Positions 12,416-25,085 of a stretch of 64,000 nt of DNA are shown piece after piece. The DNA comes from Camelus ferus (lineage: Eukaryota). Position 1 is the first letter of the stretch. Each line of letters begins with the position of its first letter. The stretch spans positions 111,044,001 through 111,108,000 of the forward strand of contig NC_045696.1 of assembly GCF_009834535.1 (NCBI RefSeq), given 5' to 3'. The translations under genes were made by a program, and so were the position numbers. Under the pieces are notes generated by a model. That model saw only the letters and a program-made list of their open reading frames with translations, had not been told where the DNA came from and did no database searches.

Positions 12416-13826
12416 TTTATACATAATGAATTATTAACGTCCTTAAATTTGCTACATGGATGATGAGACACTTGGACCCACGTATGGTTAAAGACCATGA
12501 AAATATAAAATTGACTTGTCTTTTTTAAAATAATACATAGTCTTTGCACAGGAATCCTAATGAATCTACTCAAGTTTCATGGAAAAGACTGATTTCAATT
12601 ATTTTCCATGAGATTTTCCCCAAGAATATTTGAAAGTATGTTTTAAAGAAACTGATGTTAAATTTTCTCCTCTCTTAACTAGATCTCATCATTATTTCCA
12701 TAAAAATGATATTTAAAGTCAAAGATGCTGTGGATCCCAACATTAAAATTTATTTTAAAATAAAAACCTTAGAAATTGTTCTTATAAATATAGGCAGGTT
12801 CTAAATGTCAAATAAAACTAGAGAAGAAAAGAAATGCACCTCACATATTGGGCCAAAAAGTACACAGAAGAAGAATTAGTTAGAAATCTTTGCTGCTTTT
12901 GAGGCTGAGAGGCAAACAGTCAACCTAGAAAAAAAAATTGGTTTCTTATGGTTCTCACATAAATAAGACTCATACTATTTTTAGCTGAGAGCAATACTGT
13001 TTTCAACATATGTACATACATCGATTTCTTGTCATTGATCACATCTTAGGCATACATGTGGCTTTTATTTTGTTGGCTATGAGCAAAAAATAAAAAATTT
13101 CCTGGGGAACGTATACAAGGTCAGGAACCCAGTTCCTTTTTCATATTTTCAGCCTTGTAGTGTGTGCCCTGAATATCTTAGATGCAATCTTAGAAAAAGA
13201 GGCTATTTTCCTCTTGAAATTGAGATCTATTTTAGGAGTAAGGAGCAGCCTGTATGTGTCTTCAGATTAATTTTTCTTCCAAAACATTTTTCCTGTAGAA
13301 TTCTTTCTCTTAATCTTCTCAAGACACTATCTGATTAAGTCATTATTTTTCATTATGGCCATGTGGTTTTCCCATATTTCTCAAAATGAAATTTATAATT
13401 TGGTTCAGTTGGTGTTTGGCTTGGTTTGCTACTATATTTTGAGTCAGGATGTTAAAATATTATTTCATGGAATACTTGGAAGTGTTACAAATGCTTGGAA
13501 TTATTCACATCTTCATAACTGAAAGGCTGTTATAAAAACTTTTCCATTTGCTAAGTTAATTGTTGTCTATTTTGCATTGGGAGAATTACTTCAAAAAAGT
13601 AAACAACTTGTTTCCAAATACTGCACATTCCAAATACTTTTCAAGGTGCAGAATTATACTTTTTTTTCATTTGTCTCATTTAATTTCTATATTCCATGGG
13701 AGGGTATTTTTGAAATAAATAAAAAAGCCACAATAAAATAAACAAAATCAACAGCTCTCTAATAAACTCATGTTTTATATAAATAAATATTTATATATAT
13801 AAATAAATAAAATATTTATTATTACT

Positions 13827-14104
13827 TGCTATGAACTGAATGTTTCTGTCTTACCCCTCCCCCCACCTTCATGTGTTGAAGTCCTCAGATGACTGTACTT
13901 GGACCTTTATGGAAGTAATTAGGGTTAAATAAGGTTATTCGGGCTAAACCAACAGGATTCATGCCCTTATGGAGGAGGTAGCAGAGAGCCCACTCTCTCC
14001 CTCTCTCTACCTGTGAGGACACAGTGAGAAGGTGGCCATCTGCAAGCCAGGACAAGAACTCTCACCAGAAATCAAAACAGCTGGCACCTTGATCTTGGAC
14101 TTGT
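13827..14104 (+). mobile_element. MLT1A/MST-like MaLR LTR, 3'-truncated
   Basis: Starts tgctatgaactgaatgtt; contains gtgaggacacagtgagaaggtggccatctgcaagccagg and ctggcaccttgatcttggactt. Confidence 0.85.
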
Positions 14105-14261
14105 ATTAAGTGCATAGACATAAAAAGTTATGTTTTTTAATGAACTGATCTTTTATCATAAAATATCCTTCTTTATCTCTAATAATACCCTTTGTCTTGA
14201 AGTCTCCTTTGTCTAATACAAACCTGAACTCTGAGTGTACAGAAAAATAAATTATATATTT

Positions 14262-14304
<43 letters not shown>

Positions 14305-15150
14305 GTGTGTGTGTATTCGTCCAAAAAGGGCTTACACCTTCTACTATAGGGCTGGTTGGGGGAGCTTGGCTAATCTACTCTGTAATGGAGGTAGGGCTGA
14401 AATTTTTGTAACTTTTGTTAGATTCAGCTTACCATTGGCTTAGAATGTTTTAATAATAGGATATGTACTTTCTCTTCAGCAGGGCTTAGGATCTGAGCAT
14501 CTCTGAGATTTTAGGAATCTCTTTTTATAGCCCTGCTGCCGTACTCTCACTCTGGATTACAGCTTAGTTCCTTGTCATCTTCTCTCTGGGTTGCTAAAGA
14601 ATTTTCTTTGTTCTCCATTCTTACCACTGCCTTTCTGTTCTTAGAAAGATTTATTCTCCTGTCCTGTCTCCAACTTTGGAAGGCTGAATACAGCACATGT
14701 GATGAGGCCTGAAGTTTCCTGCAGGGATTTATCTGGCTTTCCTGCCTTTCCCCAGCTTTCAGCCTACTGCCGCACGCACTTAGTGAAGGCTCCAGGGGAG
14801 GATTTGGTAGGTGAGGAGTGCAGACTGCTCTGTCGTTGGGCAGTTTAGGATTCCATTTTATCATGTTCTGTAACATACAACTTTAGAAGTTCATTGCTTT
14901 TTTAATTGTTTCTCTTTGTCCTTCTTTAGGGTATATTCTGCCCTTTTTCACTGCTTTGCTAGTCATAAAAATGATCCAGTCCTAAGAACTCTCATGTTCT
15001 GGAAATTCATTGATTTCGGTTTCTTTGCATCATCAGGTCTCTGACATATTTTCCAAAACCTATGATTTTATCGCATATCTTTTTGCTTTCGTTAGGATGA
15101 AAGCAATGGTGATTTGTGATTTTCCTTATCCTTTCTGGAAGTGCAAGTTC
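14105..15150 (-). mobile_element. Ancient L1 fragments (endonuclease region and 5' region)
   Basis: Minus-strand ORF contains LDKGDFKTKGIIRDKEGYFMIKDQF (L1 EN). The downstream sequence resembles antisense L1M 5' UTR. Confidence 0.6.
14270..14314. repeat. (TG)n microsatellite
   Basis: Direct reading. Confidence 0.95.
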
Positions 15151-17789
15151 CTAACACTTTTAAAATGCAGTTTGAAGCATTTTTTTTTTAAACTTTATGT
15201 TGGTATCATTTTAGACATGTGCAGTGGGATTTGCTGACAGTGATTTGCTAGCTGCACGGTACTTTGATTTTTTTTTAAGCTAACATCTATCCACTGGCTA
15301 CTGTAGTCCAATGATTGACAAATTAGTAGAAAATTATTCTGCTTTCAGTAATGAATCATTTACTGGAATATAGACATTGGGTTAGGCTAGCCTGGCACTT
15401 ACTTAAAATTACTGCCACTGTAGGTACTAATCTATTTATTGGTCCTCGACCTGCTATGATTTTTCACTGATGCTCTTCCACTATCCTTGTATGAAAAGCC
15501 ATCATCTTCTTGTTTAATCCTTTTCTTTATAACTTCATTCACATATGGGACCGTCATGTCTATTGGTCCCTTTTATAGTATCCTTTTTCTTTTCCACTTC
15601 ATATTTCCTTTTATATTTTATTTAAGAAAAATAATCTACATTTATTGATATTTATTAAAGGTAAGTCATGTTTTATTTCATTTTAGAGCTAATCTATATA
15701 TTTCTCTCTCTATCCTTCTCAAAATACCCTCCTTCTCGAATATGCACCGTGTACTCTGCATGTGCTCAAAGCTTGATAGACAACAGTAAGAAACACTGAT
15801 CTAGATTGATTATTTTATATTTTCCTTCATGTTTATTTCTCTTTTAAATCAGTAATTTTGTGCAATTTTTGTAGGTCCTAATATCAGTACCGTAACTCAC
15901 TTTTCAGTAATCATTCTGTATGTTCATGATCTGTGTTTAGATGCTAGTGTGATTGACAGAGGCAGTACTGTATTGATTGCTTCATATGTGACCATCTGGA
16001 TAGACCAAGGATTGAGATGTCATCATTTTGTGTTTTAATGTAATTAGTAAAACTTTAGAACTAGCATTCACTGCTGTATACCAACGCTTGGATACCCTCG
16101 GGGTGGGGTGGGTTATCTATATATTTCTTGCACTAAACGTAACCCCAAGTCCCTTCCAACAGTGGTTCTAAATGTGTGACCCCAGGAGAAGTTCCTGAGA
16201 GTGGGGGCCAGGAAAGAGCCGCCATGACTCCTGACCCAGCAGAGCAGCTGATCCACCACACGTCACTGAGAGCCCTGCTTCAGGGTCCCTTCTGACCCAC
16301 ACCTATAAGCTACTCCCTTCCTATTCCATCTCTAGGTGGCAGTAAGGGCAAGCTGGAGAAGGTTTTTCTTATAGAAATAAGCTCTTAGGCTACACACTAA
16401 TGCAGTACATGCCAAGTGAGGCCTTCTAGACAGAACTTGAAATATTTGAGGGGAGAATACAAATCCAATTATTGATTTCAACTTCAAAATCAGACAGGTT
16501 AGCTCATCATTCTTTTGGAGGAGAGCAGAGAATCATTTACTTTTAACATCCGAAGTGGAGGCTGAAACAAAGGAGGGCACACGTGGACCCTAAAACTCAC
16601 ATGATTAAATCTGCCATGCTGCTGAAAGGAAAAAAGCCCAAGAGTTTAGAGAATCATTTCTGTCAGGTTGTCTCCGGAATAACCCAAGAATGAACTACAA
16701 ATACACATTTTATCACGTCTTTATGCCTGACTTAATGGTTAATTACATTCTACAATGTTTGAATTTAGCTAGAAAAATGAATGGACTCATGAAAATTTGA
16801 GCTGACTACAACAGAGGGCAGAAGGCACCCTGGGGATATTTCTGGTAGAGAGAGAGAGAGAGAGTGCAAGCAGAATCCCTTCTACACCCAGCTGCTCTGT
16901 GGAAGAAGCCTTAATCCTTAAATGTAAGCCTTTCTACTTTATTATCCCCTCTCCTGGGTTCTTTTCTCTTTCTTGGAGTTTGATGTGATGGTGAAGGTAT
17001 GTTGCCCAGATCTTGGGTCTTTCCATCAGCCTGTTGGAAGCCTGTGTCATGCTCACAGAAGGAATCTCACAACTTTTGGGGGTTGTAAACTAATAGTTCA
17101 TTTGTTTTTTCTGTCATCTTGGATATTTTCCAGAATCTACTAATCACTGTACGAGAGGATGTAATGCTCTCTTATACTCAGTTTCCAAGTCACTGTTTCA
17201 ATTTAACACACATATATTGAGTGCCTGCATTGTGCCAACCAATGTGGTAAGAACTGGGCAGACAAATGTAGTCGGAACATCTGCTCTGATCTCCTAAACA
17301 CGGGAAACCTGATTCATCTAAACTGTAATTTCATTTCAGCATTCTTCCAATAATTTTAATACTTCTTTTCTCATTTTTTCTGACTTGGCATCCATGTATC
17401 AGTGCACACTTCCTGTTCAAGACCCATGATAACAAACAGACTGGTGTAAGTCCCATTGTCAGTTCCCAAGAGAAATTGAATCATACACAGGGTTATCTGA
17501 CTTTAAAAACTTTAATGAAACATTGAAGGATGTTGTGAAAGTATCAAATGATACACCTTCTTGTTTTCTTCTGTCTTTTTGGCTCCGTCTTCATCCTGTC
17601 AAAGGATTGCTCTTCTGCCACTTGATCGTCCCCACCACACACCCCTGAAAAGTGTACAAATCCACCCTTTCAGGTGCTTCTCCAGTGTGGTGCAGCTCAA
17701 GCAATCAAGGTTGCTTTCATAGAAGGAGCTCTACCCCTACCTCCCAGGGTAGACCAACTAGCTACCTAACAATTGATGATGCAGCTAAA

Positions 17790-18130
17790 TAAATGTCAAC
17801 ATGAACGCAGACAAGTCTTCAGGAGAATTCAAGTCTTCAAAATTAACTCAAAAAGAAGTAAAAAAAAACTTAATAGGTAAGAGCTAGCATATTTGAACCC
17901 AAGAAAAGTAAAGATAGTCAAATATTTCCCCCTAAATCCATATGAAGTCAAAATTATATCTTGTGCGTCTCCAGATTTTCAAGAACACGTAATTTCTATA
18001 AAACAGAAATTTCTGCAGAGCACAGAAATTATGCTAAATATGGAAATCTTCCCAAATCACCCTACAAGGATAACTCTGACAACACAAATGAGAAAAGAAT
18101 GCATAAAAAGTCTCATTTCCTTGAACAGTT
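17790..18130 (+). mobile_element. Highly degenerate L1 ORF2 fragment
   Basis: ORF 17893-18204 segment ASPDFQEHVISIKQKFLQSTE...IFPNH resembles the post-EN region of L1 ORF2 (GPDGF...LFQ...LPNSF). Confidence 0.55.
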
Positions 18131-18249
18131 TAGAGGTATTATTTTTTTTCCTTGAGTCAATTCTGAAAAGTTATATTTTTTTGGATCTCATCCATTTCTT
18201 ATAAGTTTAAAATTGTTATTATCTTAACATTAATTTCATTCTTTTATTA

Positions 18250-20280
18250 TTTTTAAATTTAATTTTATCAGAATATCACACACATATATATATAACGTGC
18301 ACAAAGCACTTGTAAGGTAGATTCCTTCTCACAAAAATAAATAGAAATACAAGCAGTTCTCACAAAAAGTAATGAAATAGTGTTCAGAAGTTTCCTTCAT
18401 TCTCTCTGAAGAAAACTACATCATTGCAACCACTATTCTTTCTCATACAATCATAGACTAGAATTGTTTTTGACATTTATGTAAACTGAATCACACAGGT
18501 GTGCTCTTGTGTCTGGCTTTTCCTCTTAAGAGGGATTTATTCATATTATAGCACGTAGTTATTGTTAGTCTTTATTAGTGTGTTGTTAATTCTGTGTAGT
18601 CTTAGTTTTTATTCCATTGTGTAAATACTACACAAATATATGTATGTATGCTGCTTCTGATGGATATTTGAGTAGTTTCCAGTTTGGGCTATTTATTTTA
18701 TTTTGAGTTTTTTTTTGAAAACAGTATTTATTCATATAATATAGTGTATTTATTATATTTCAGTAACCCATGTATTATCACAGGAACTTCTAAAAATAGA
18801 TATCTGTATGGGCTAATCATTCAATCATAAGGAGTCAAGAGTGCATGCATTGAGGCTGGATTTCTAAGAACAGATTAGATCTTTAGCTTATAAACTTACA
18901 TAGTGGGCCATTTCTTAAATGGAAGAAAATTAAAGTGGAGTTGACTATCTCTAAATAGATAATTTAGGGACAAGCTCCACCAGACTTTTATGAACCCATA
19001 ATTTCTATTCTTTATAAACTGCTCCAGATCATTCTTACACAGGCCTTTTGGAAGGAACCACTGTGTCGCAGGGTGTGAGCAAGTTCGTTCAAACATTTTT
19101 CTAAGCTGGTATCCCTACTTGCACTCTCATCAGCACAGTTGTACTACATCCCCGCCAACATTTGGGATTCTCAGTCTTTTCATTACAGCCATTCTGGTGG
19201 CGTGTCGTAGTATTTCGTTGTGTTTTCATTCACTTATGAGTTTGTATTTATTGGTCATTTGGTTGTCTCTTGTGATTGGTTTCTTTTAGTCTATTTGCTT
19301 TTTTCTCATTAAATTCTTAAAAATATATCCTAGACACAGATCTTTCATCCCACATGTACAGGGCAAATCTCTTTGCCCACTCTCCACTTTGTCCTTTCAC
19401 TGCCCTTAACGGTGTCTTTTGAGGAACAGAATATCTTCTTCATTTTAATTTAGACCAATTTATCCATTTTTTTCTTTATGGCTTTTGCTATTCTTGAGAC
19501 TCGCTTAAAATATCTTTGCCTAACACAAGGTTTCAAAGATATCCTTCTGTGCTTTCTTCTAAAAAATTATTATTTTAAGTTTCTTATTTTGATATACGTA
19601 ATTCATTTGGAATTTGTGTGAGTGTGTTTTATAAGATATTGTCAGGACTTCATTTTCTTATGGGTTATTGAGTTGTTGTAGTGTCATTTATTGAAAAGAC
19701 CACCTAGTTCTCATTTTCTCTGCAGTGGTGCCCTATTCGTAAATCAAGCGTCTGTATAAGGATGGGTCTGTTACTGAGTTCCTATTCTGTGACATATGTT
19801 TTGTTGTCCCTACCTTCTTAATTCCTAGTCCTTAAAAATACATGTGATACTTGACTGTCAGTGTTCTTCAGGGTTGACATTCTTCAGTATTGTTTTGACT
19901 ATTCTTGGCCCTTTCCATATGCATATAAAGTTTAGAATCCTCTTGTCAATTTACACACACATACGGTGCTGTGGGATTTCATTTGGAATTATATGGATTC
20001 TGTAGACCAATTTGTGAAGAAACTTAATTTTTTTACAAAACAGAGTCTTTCAGGAATACAATCTCTCTCTGTTTATTTAGCTATTTTTGAAGTTCATACA
20101 ATTATGTTTTATAGATTTTAGTTTACAACATATTCTGTTTTTTGTTACTTGATTTTTATGCTATTTATTTTGTGTATTTAAATATTTTCAGTTTGTTTGT
20201 TGCTGGTATATAGAAATCTAAATTGACTTTATATTCTGCAACCTCACTAAATCATTTCAAGTCTATTTTATCTGTAGTTA
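18250..20280 (-). mobile_element. Ancient L1M element (3' UTR and ORF2), interrupted at about 18692-19003
   Basis: Antisense L1 motifs gtttccagtttgggctatt, agccattctggtgg, atttattgaaaagacc, ttgttgctggtatatagaaat. Confidence 0.8.
18692..19003 (-). pseudogene. Candidate retrocopied mRNA 3' end (poly-A-tailed insert, source unknown)
   Basis: T-rich tract 18692-18716; minus-strand AATAAA at 18727-18732 and 18749-18754; about 300 bp of non-L1 sequence interrupting collinear L1; possible short TSD ctatt. Confidence 0.45.
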
Positions 20281-20440
20281 GTTAACTTCTATATGCCTCT
20301 ATTTTCTGATGTGTGAAATAGAGATACAATTTATATTACTAACTACACAGATATAGTGTAATAATTAGGTGAGACAATACGTATGAAACACTTATAATAG
20401 TTTTAGCACATAATAATTACTAAATAAATGTTCAATGTAA
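20280..20440 (+). mobile_element. MIR fragment
   Basis: tgcctctattttctgatgtgtgaaatag...aattaggtgagacaatacgtatgaaacactta. Confidence 0.65.
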
Positions 20441-20859
20441 TTATATGTACTAACATGAAATGATCTCCAAGACATGGTTAACACAATATTATAAATCAAG
20501 ACACTATAATCCCCTTTATGTTTGAATAGCTATGATTATATGTATAAGTGCATATGAATGTGTAGAAAAATATCTGGGGGGACACAATCAATATGTTAAT
20601 AATTGTTACTTCTGGGGAGGAAAAGTGAGGTGGGGAAATGTGAGATGCTTTATTATGTATGCATCTATGTTTTGTTTGTTTTTCTTTGTAATAAGACTGT
20701 ATTAGAATTTTATTTATATTTCCCCAAATTCTAATTTAGAAATGAGAAAGTCTTTAATTAAAATTAGATTAATTTTTAAAATTTTAAAGCAGTTTTGCAA
20801 GTAGCAGTGGCACAGGGAATGGGGAAGAAAGTATGGATGTCCTGCTCATGTGGAATGAA

Positions 20860-21205
20860 TACACCTCAGAGATGGACTAGGTGTGAGGGATGAAGGAGAA
20901 AGGCATTCACCGTGATGTCTGAGTTTCTGATTTTGGTGGCTGTGTGGATCATAGTGAGGTTCCCTGAGATGGCAAACGCCAAAGGAGGATAGGCTGGGAG
21001 AGAAAGAGACAATTTCTGTTTTGGGTTTGCTACATCTGAGAAGTCTAGGCTGCCTTCAGGTGGATCTTGTCCGTAAGCAATTGGGGTCCCATAAACAGAG
21101 TTCATACAGTGATTCGGGCTAGAGATTATATTTTGGGGTGGTCTGTGTCTAGCTGGCATTTAAGCAGCACAGGATGGACAGCAAAGATGAGCGAGATGGA
21201 TGAGG
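20860..21205 (-). mobile_element. L2 fragment
   Basis: Purine-rich antisense L2 motifs gatggactaggtgtgagggatgaaggaga...tgagtttctgattttggtggctg. Confidence 0.65.
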
Positions 21206-21953
21206 AGAAGCCTTTCACCATTTTCCTTAAGAAGGAGTCTGGGGTACAGGACAGAAAAGCAAAAAGCTCTAACAGAGGCATCGTAATCTTTTATCTTCTC
21301 TTCCTTGCAAGATCATCATTCTATTCATATAGTAGAATATTAAATTCCTTTTTTTATGGTGGTCTGCTTTCTTACCAAGCTGAATCGCTTTTAAGAACAA
21401 AATAATAAAATAAACTTTGAGCGCTTTTCTGTTTCCACATAAACTAATAGGAAACAGTGGCTGAGGAACATGTCCTCCTTCTTCCTTTTCTCTAGAATTA
21501 CCCCATGTGGGATCCTGATTCACCGGCCAGCCATTCAGAAACGGGTGTGGGATTCTGAGGCCTGTGAACATCTGAAAGCAGAGTCCTTTTCCTTGGTTGA
21601 CCAGAGGTACATTGTCTCTACAGTCACACCATGAGTCCTGAGTGAGAAGTAAAGGGAAATGCTAATTTGTTGTTTTAGCTAGTCGACACAAATCAATTGA
21701 TTTTTTTTTTTTCTGTCATTGAATTGATTGTAGCAACAATCAGGAAAGTTTCATTAAATTCTTTGCAAGTTTAGGAAATGAGTCTAGGCCTAGTATCTTG
21801 GATTTGAATGTTAGATGGTCATTGTCATTTTTATAGCTCTCAGAAGGGCCCTAAATATTTAACATATGTGTCCTCCAACACTTTACAATAGAACAGTGAC
21901 TAGTACTTTGAAATAGAGTGGGGAATTTCCAGTGTACATTTTTTGGATAGAAG

Positions 21954-22435
21954 TTTTTTTTTTTTTTAGTTGTCCAAAAGCTTTTTTTTTTTTTTTTTTA
22001 ACATTTTTTTATTGAGTTATAGTCATTTTACAATGTAGTGTCAAATTCCAGTGTAGAGCACAATTTTTCAGTTACACATGAACATACATATATTCATTGT
22101 CGCATTCTTTTTCGCTGTGACTTACCACAAGATCTTGTATATATTTCCCTGTGCTACACAGTGCAATCTCGTTTATCTATTCTACATATGCCTGTCAGTA
22201 TCTACAAATTTTGAACTCCCAGTCTATCCCTTCCCATCCCTCCCCACTTGGCAACCACAAGTTTGTGTTCAATGTTTATGAGTCTGTTTCTGTTTTGTAT
22301 TTATGTTCTTTTTTCTTTTGGATTCCACATATGAGCGATCTCATATGGTATTTTTCTTTCTCTTTCTGGCGTACTTCACTTAGAATGACATTCTCCAGGT
22401 CCATCCGTGTTGCTGCAAATGGTGTTATGTTGTCT
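21954..22435 (-). mobile_element. Young 5'-truncated L1 3' end with two poly-A tracts
   Basis: Closely similar to 7215-7700; T14 (21954-21967), 14-nt spacer, T18 (21982-21999); TSD ttttttggatagaag (21939-21953) / ttttttggatacatg (22436-22450). Confidence 0.92.
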
Positions 22436-22894
22436 TTTTTTGGATACATGTATTTTTATAAATGTATCAAAACAACAAAATTTAATACTTTGTCAGCTTA
22501 AATCAGTAGTATTTCAGGCCTGAAGAAACAATATGGCTTTTCTCTTAGTTACCAAGAGATTTTCTCAGCAAAAAATCAACAACATTGACATTTCCTGAAA
22601 GCTTCCTTTGTGTTGAGACATGGTTTAGGTATGAGAATTTATGATAATTAGTCAAACAAAAATAATTGAAGCTATCATTCAGTATGTGTGACTAGAAAGT
22701 AGTAACCTAAGGAGAAATATGGCTGAGTGATTATTTAAACAAAGAGTGTGGTCGTGTCTCATAAAAATCTTGGCAACGGTTTGCCAGGGACTGTATCTTA
22801 ACTGAAAGTAACATATCCATTGTGTGGATTTCCTGACACTGCAACACCCAATCAGAATGTTAGGATAAACTACTGACTTCTCTGACCTACAGAC

Positions 22895-22928
22895 ACCACA
22901 CATATACAAACACACACACACACACACA
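22895..22928. repeat. (CA)n microsatellite, imperfect
   Basis: Direct reading. Confidence 0.85.
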
Positions 22929-23129
22929 GTTTTACAGAGTAAAGAAAATAATTCTCTGAATACTTTAGTCCAGAGTCCATTAAATTAAAAGAATAATTAA
23001 GGAGAAGAGAAGTTCTTCCCGAATTATTCACATTCACTTAAGTAACAAAAAGCAAACCAATAGGAAAATACAGGGTCTTTTTGGAAATGTTTCTGTAACT
23101 CAACGTATTGAATTTCTTTTACATCTGTA

Positions 23130-24642
23130 GCAATGATTTGTGTTTTACACACGCAAAATAAATTCATCCCATACTCAAGTTTCCAAATTCCAAGTTCCTG
23201 TCCCCAGGTTCAACCATCAGAGTGTCAACTCAAGTCTGAAATCTCATCTAAGTCTCATTAGTTCAAAAGTCCCAAATCTCATCATTAAATCATCTAAATT
23301 AGGTAGGAATGAAACTCTAGATATATTTCATCCTGGCACAAAATTTCTCTCCATCTGTGAACGACACTCAAGCCTTAAGTTATCTGCTCCAAAAATAAAA
23401 TGATGAGACAGGCATAGGGTAATAATTATATGAGTTCCCATCCTCCAGAGGAGAAAAGGAAAGGAGAAAAGGAGATTTCAGGCAATTCTGAAATTCAACT
23501 GGGTAAACTGAATTGTGTTTTAAGGCCCAGAACTAGTTAATTCCTCCATGGCCCATGGATCCACTCTCTGGGCCCAAGGTTCTGTCCTCTAGACCAATAG
23601 TTCTGCCCAGAACCAGCTTACCTTTTTCATGAAGGACACTGTGAGTCTGAAGCTGAGTAGTTCTATTAACTTGCTTCCTGCCTATAAAATTTTGGGAGTC
23701 CAACAACTTCCTTTAAATTCATTCTCCATCAGTCCCTTTTAGTCCAAGCTGATGGTATTGCTGCTGATAAAACATCCTCAAAAAATTGGTGGGTTTCCTG
23801 TTTATCTCAGGAATTCATTTTGCTAGACAAGATATCGTTTCTAGATAATCTATCTCTATCTTTGGCTTCTGCAGAGATGGCTGAAGGGGACCAGGACTGA
23901 CACGCCTAGTCACTTCAAAGAGCCTTCTGTGTGACTAAATATTGTGATTTTTGTCTCTTACAGAGATCTAGCAAAAAGCTGTTGAACAGCACTCTCGGAT
24001 ATCTCTCCAGAGCATAACTCCCTGATAGTGAATCTCCTGCTTTTCGTATCTCTTGCAATCTGGATAGGCTAAACATTTCCTAAATCATCGAGTTCTGGTT
24101 CCTATTTGCTTAATGGTTCTTTCTCTATTTATCTCTTTCCTATCACACTGTGGTATAGGCACCAAAGAGACACCAGGATACATCTTCAACATTTTACTTA
24201 GAAATCTCCTCATCTAAATATCCAAGTTTTGCTTTTTATCAGTTTTGCTTTTCTCTCAACTGGATCACACAGTTCAGCTGCGCTTTCTGTCACTATGTGA
24301 CTAGGATGCCCTTTCCTTTAGTTTTCAAAAACATGTTACTAATTCTTTCTGAATAGCAGTCCCCTTAATGTCCATATTTTGATTAACAGTCTTTAATGAT
24401 CATATAAATATTCTCTGAAATGATACAGGTGTTCTCTATCATGCTGCTTACTTCCTTTTGAGTTTTCACTAGCAGTACCTTTAATATCCATGTTTATACC
24501 AATTGCCTGCTCAAGGGAATCTGTGCTTTTTCTCTCATGCAGCTGAAAAGTTTTCCACCCTCTAACCATTACCCAATTCTGAAGCCACATTTACATTTTT
24601 AGATATTTTCCACAGAAGCACCTCGTTTCCAGATACCAAAAT
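23130..24642 (-). mobile_element. MaLR (MLT1) internal sequence
   Basis: Minus-strand ORF 24393-24590 (RGWKTFQLHERKSTDSLEQAIGINMDIKG) resembles the MaLR internal ORF. It abuts an MLT1 LTR through agataccaaaatc|tgtatt. Confidence 0.85.
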
Positions 24643-25085
24643 CTGTATTCATTTCTTCTGGTTGTTACAAAAAAAATTATTACAAACTTAGTGTCTTAAA
24701 ATAGCACAAATATATTATATTATAATTCTGGAGGTGCGAAGTCTGCTATGAGACTTAATGGGACTAAAATTAAGGAGTTGACTGGTTTGGATCCTGCTGG
24801 AGGCTTTGAGGGAAGACTGTTTCTTCATTCTTTTCAGCTTCTAGAGGCTGTTTGCCTCTCCTGGATCAACCCCCCTTTTTTAATATCACGCCAACCTTTA
24901 TCTCTTACTACTCTGATTTTCTGCTTCCCCTCTACAAGGACCCTTATATCAGGCCCACTCGGGTAATCTAGGATAATCTCCCTATCTCAAAATCCTTAAT
25001 CACATCTACAAAGTCCCTTTTACTCTGTAAGATAAAAGGGGTTTGGAGATTAAGACATGGATATTTTTGAGGGAAATCACTCAAA
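24643..25085 (-). mobile_element. MLT1C/D-like LTR (5' LTR of the element above)
   Basis: tgtatt...acaaacttagtgtcttaaaatagcacaaat...ttctggaggt...gggtaatctaggataatctccctatctcaaaatccttaatcacatct. Confidence 0.9.
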
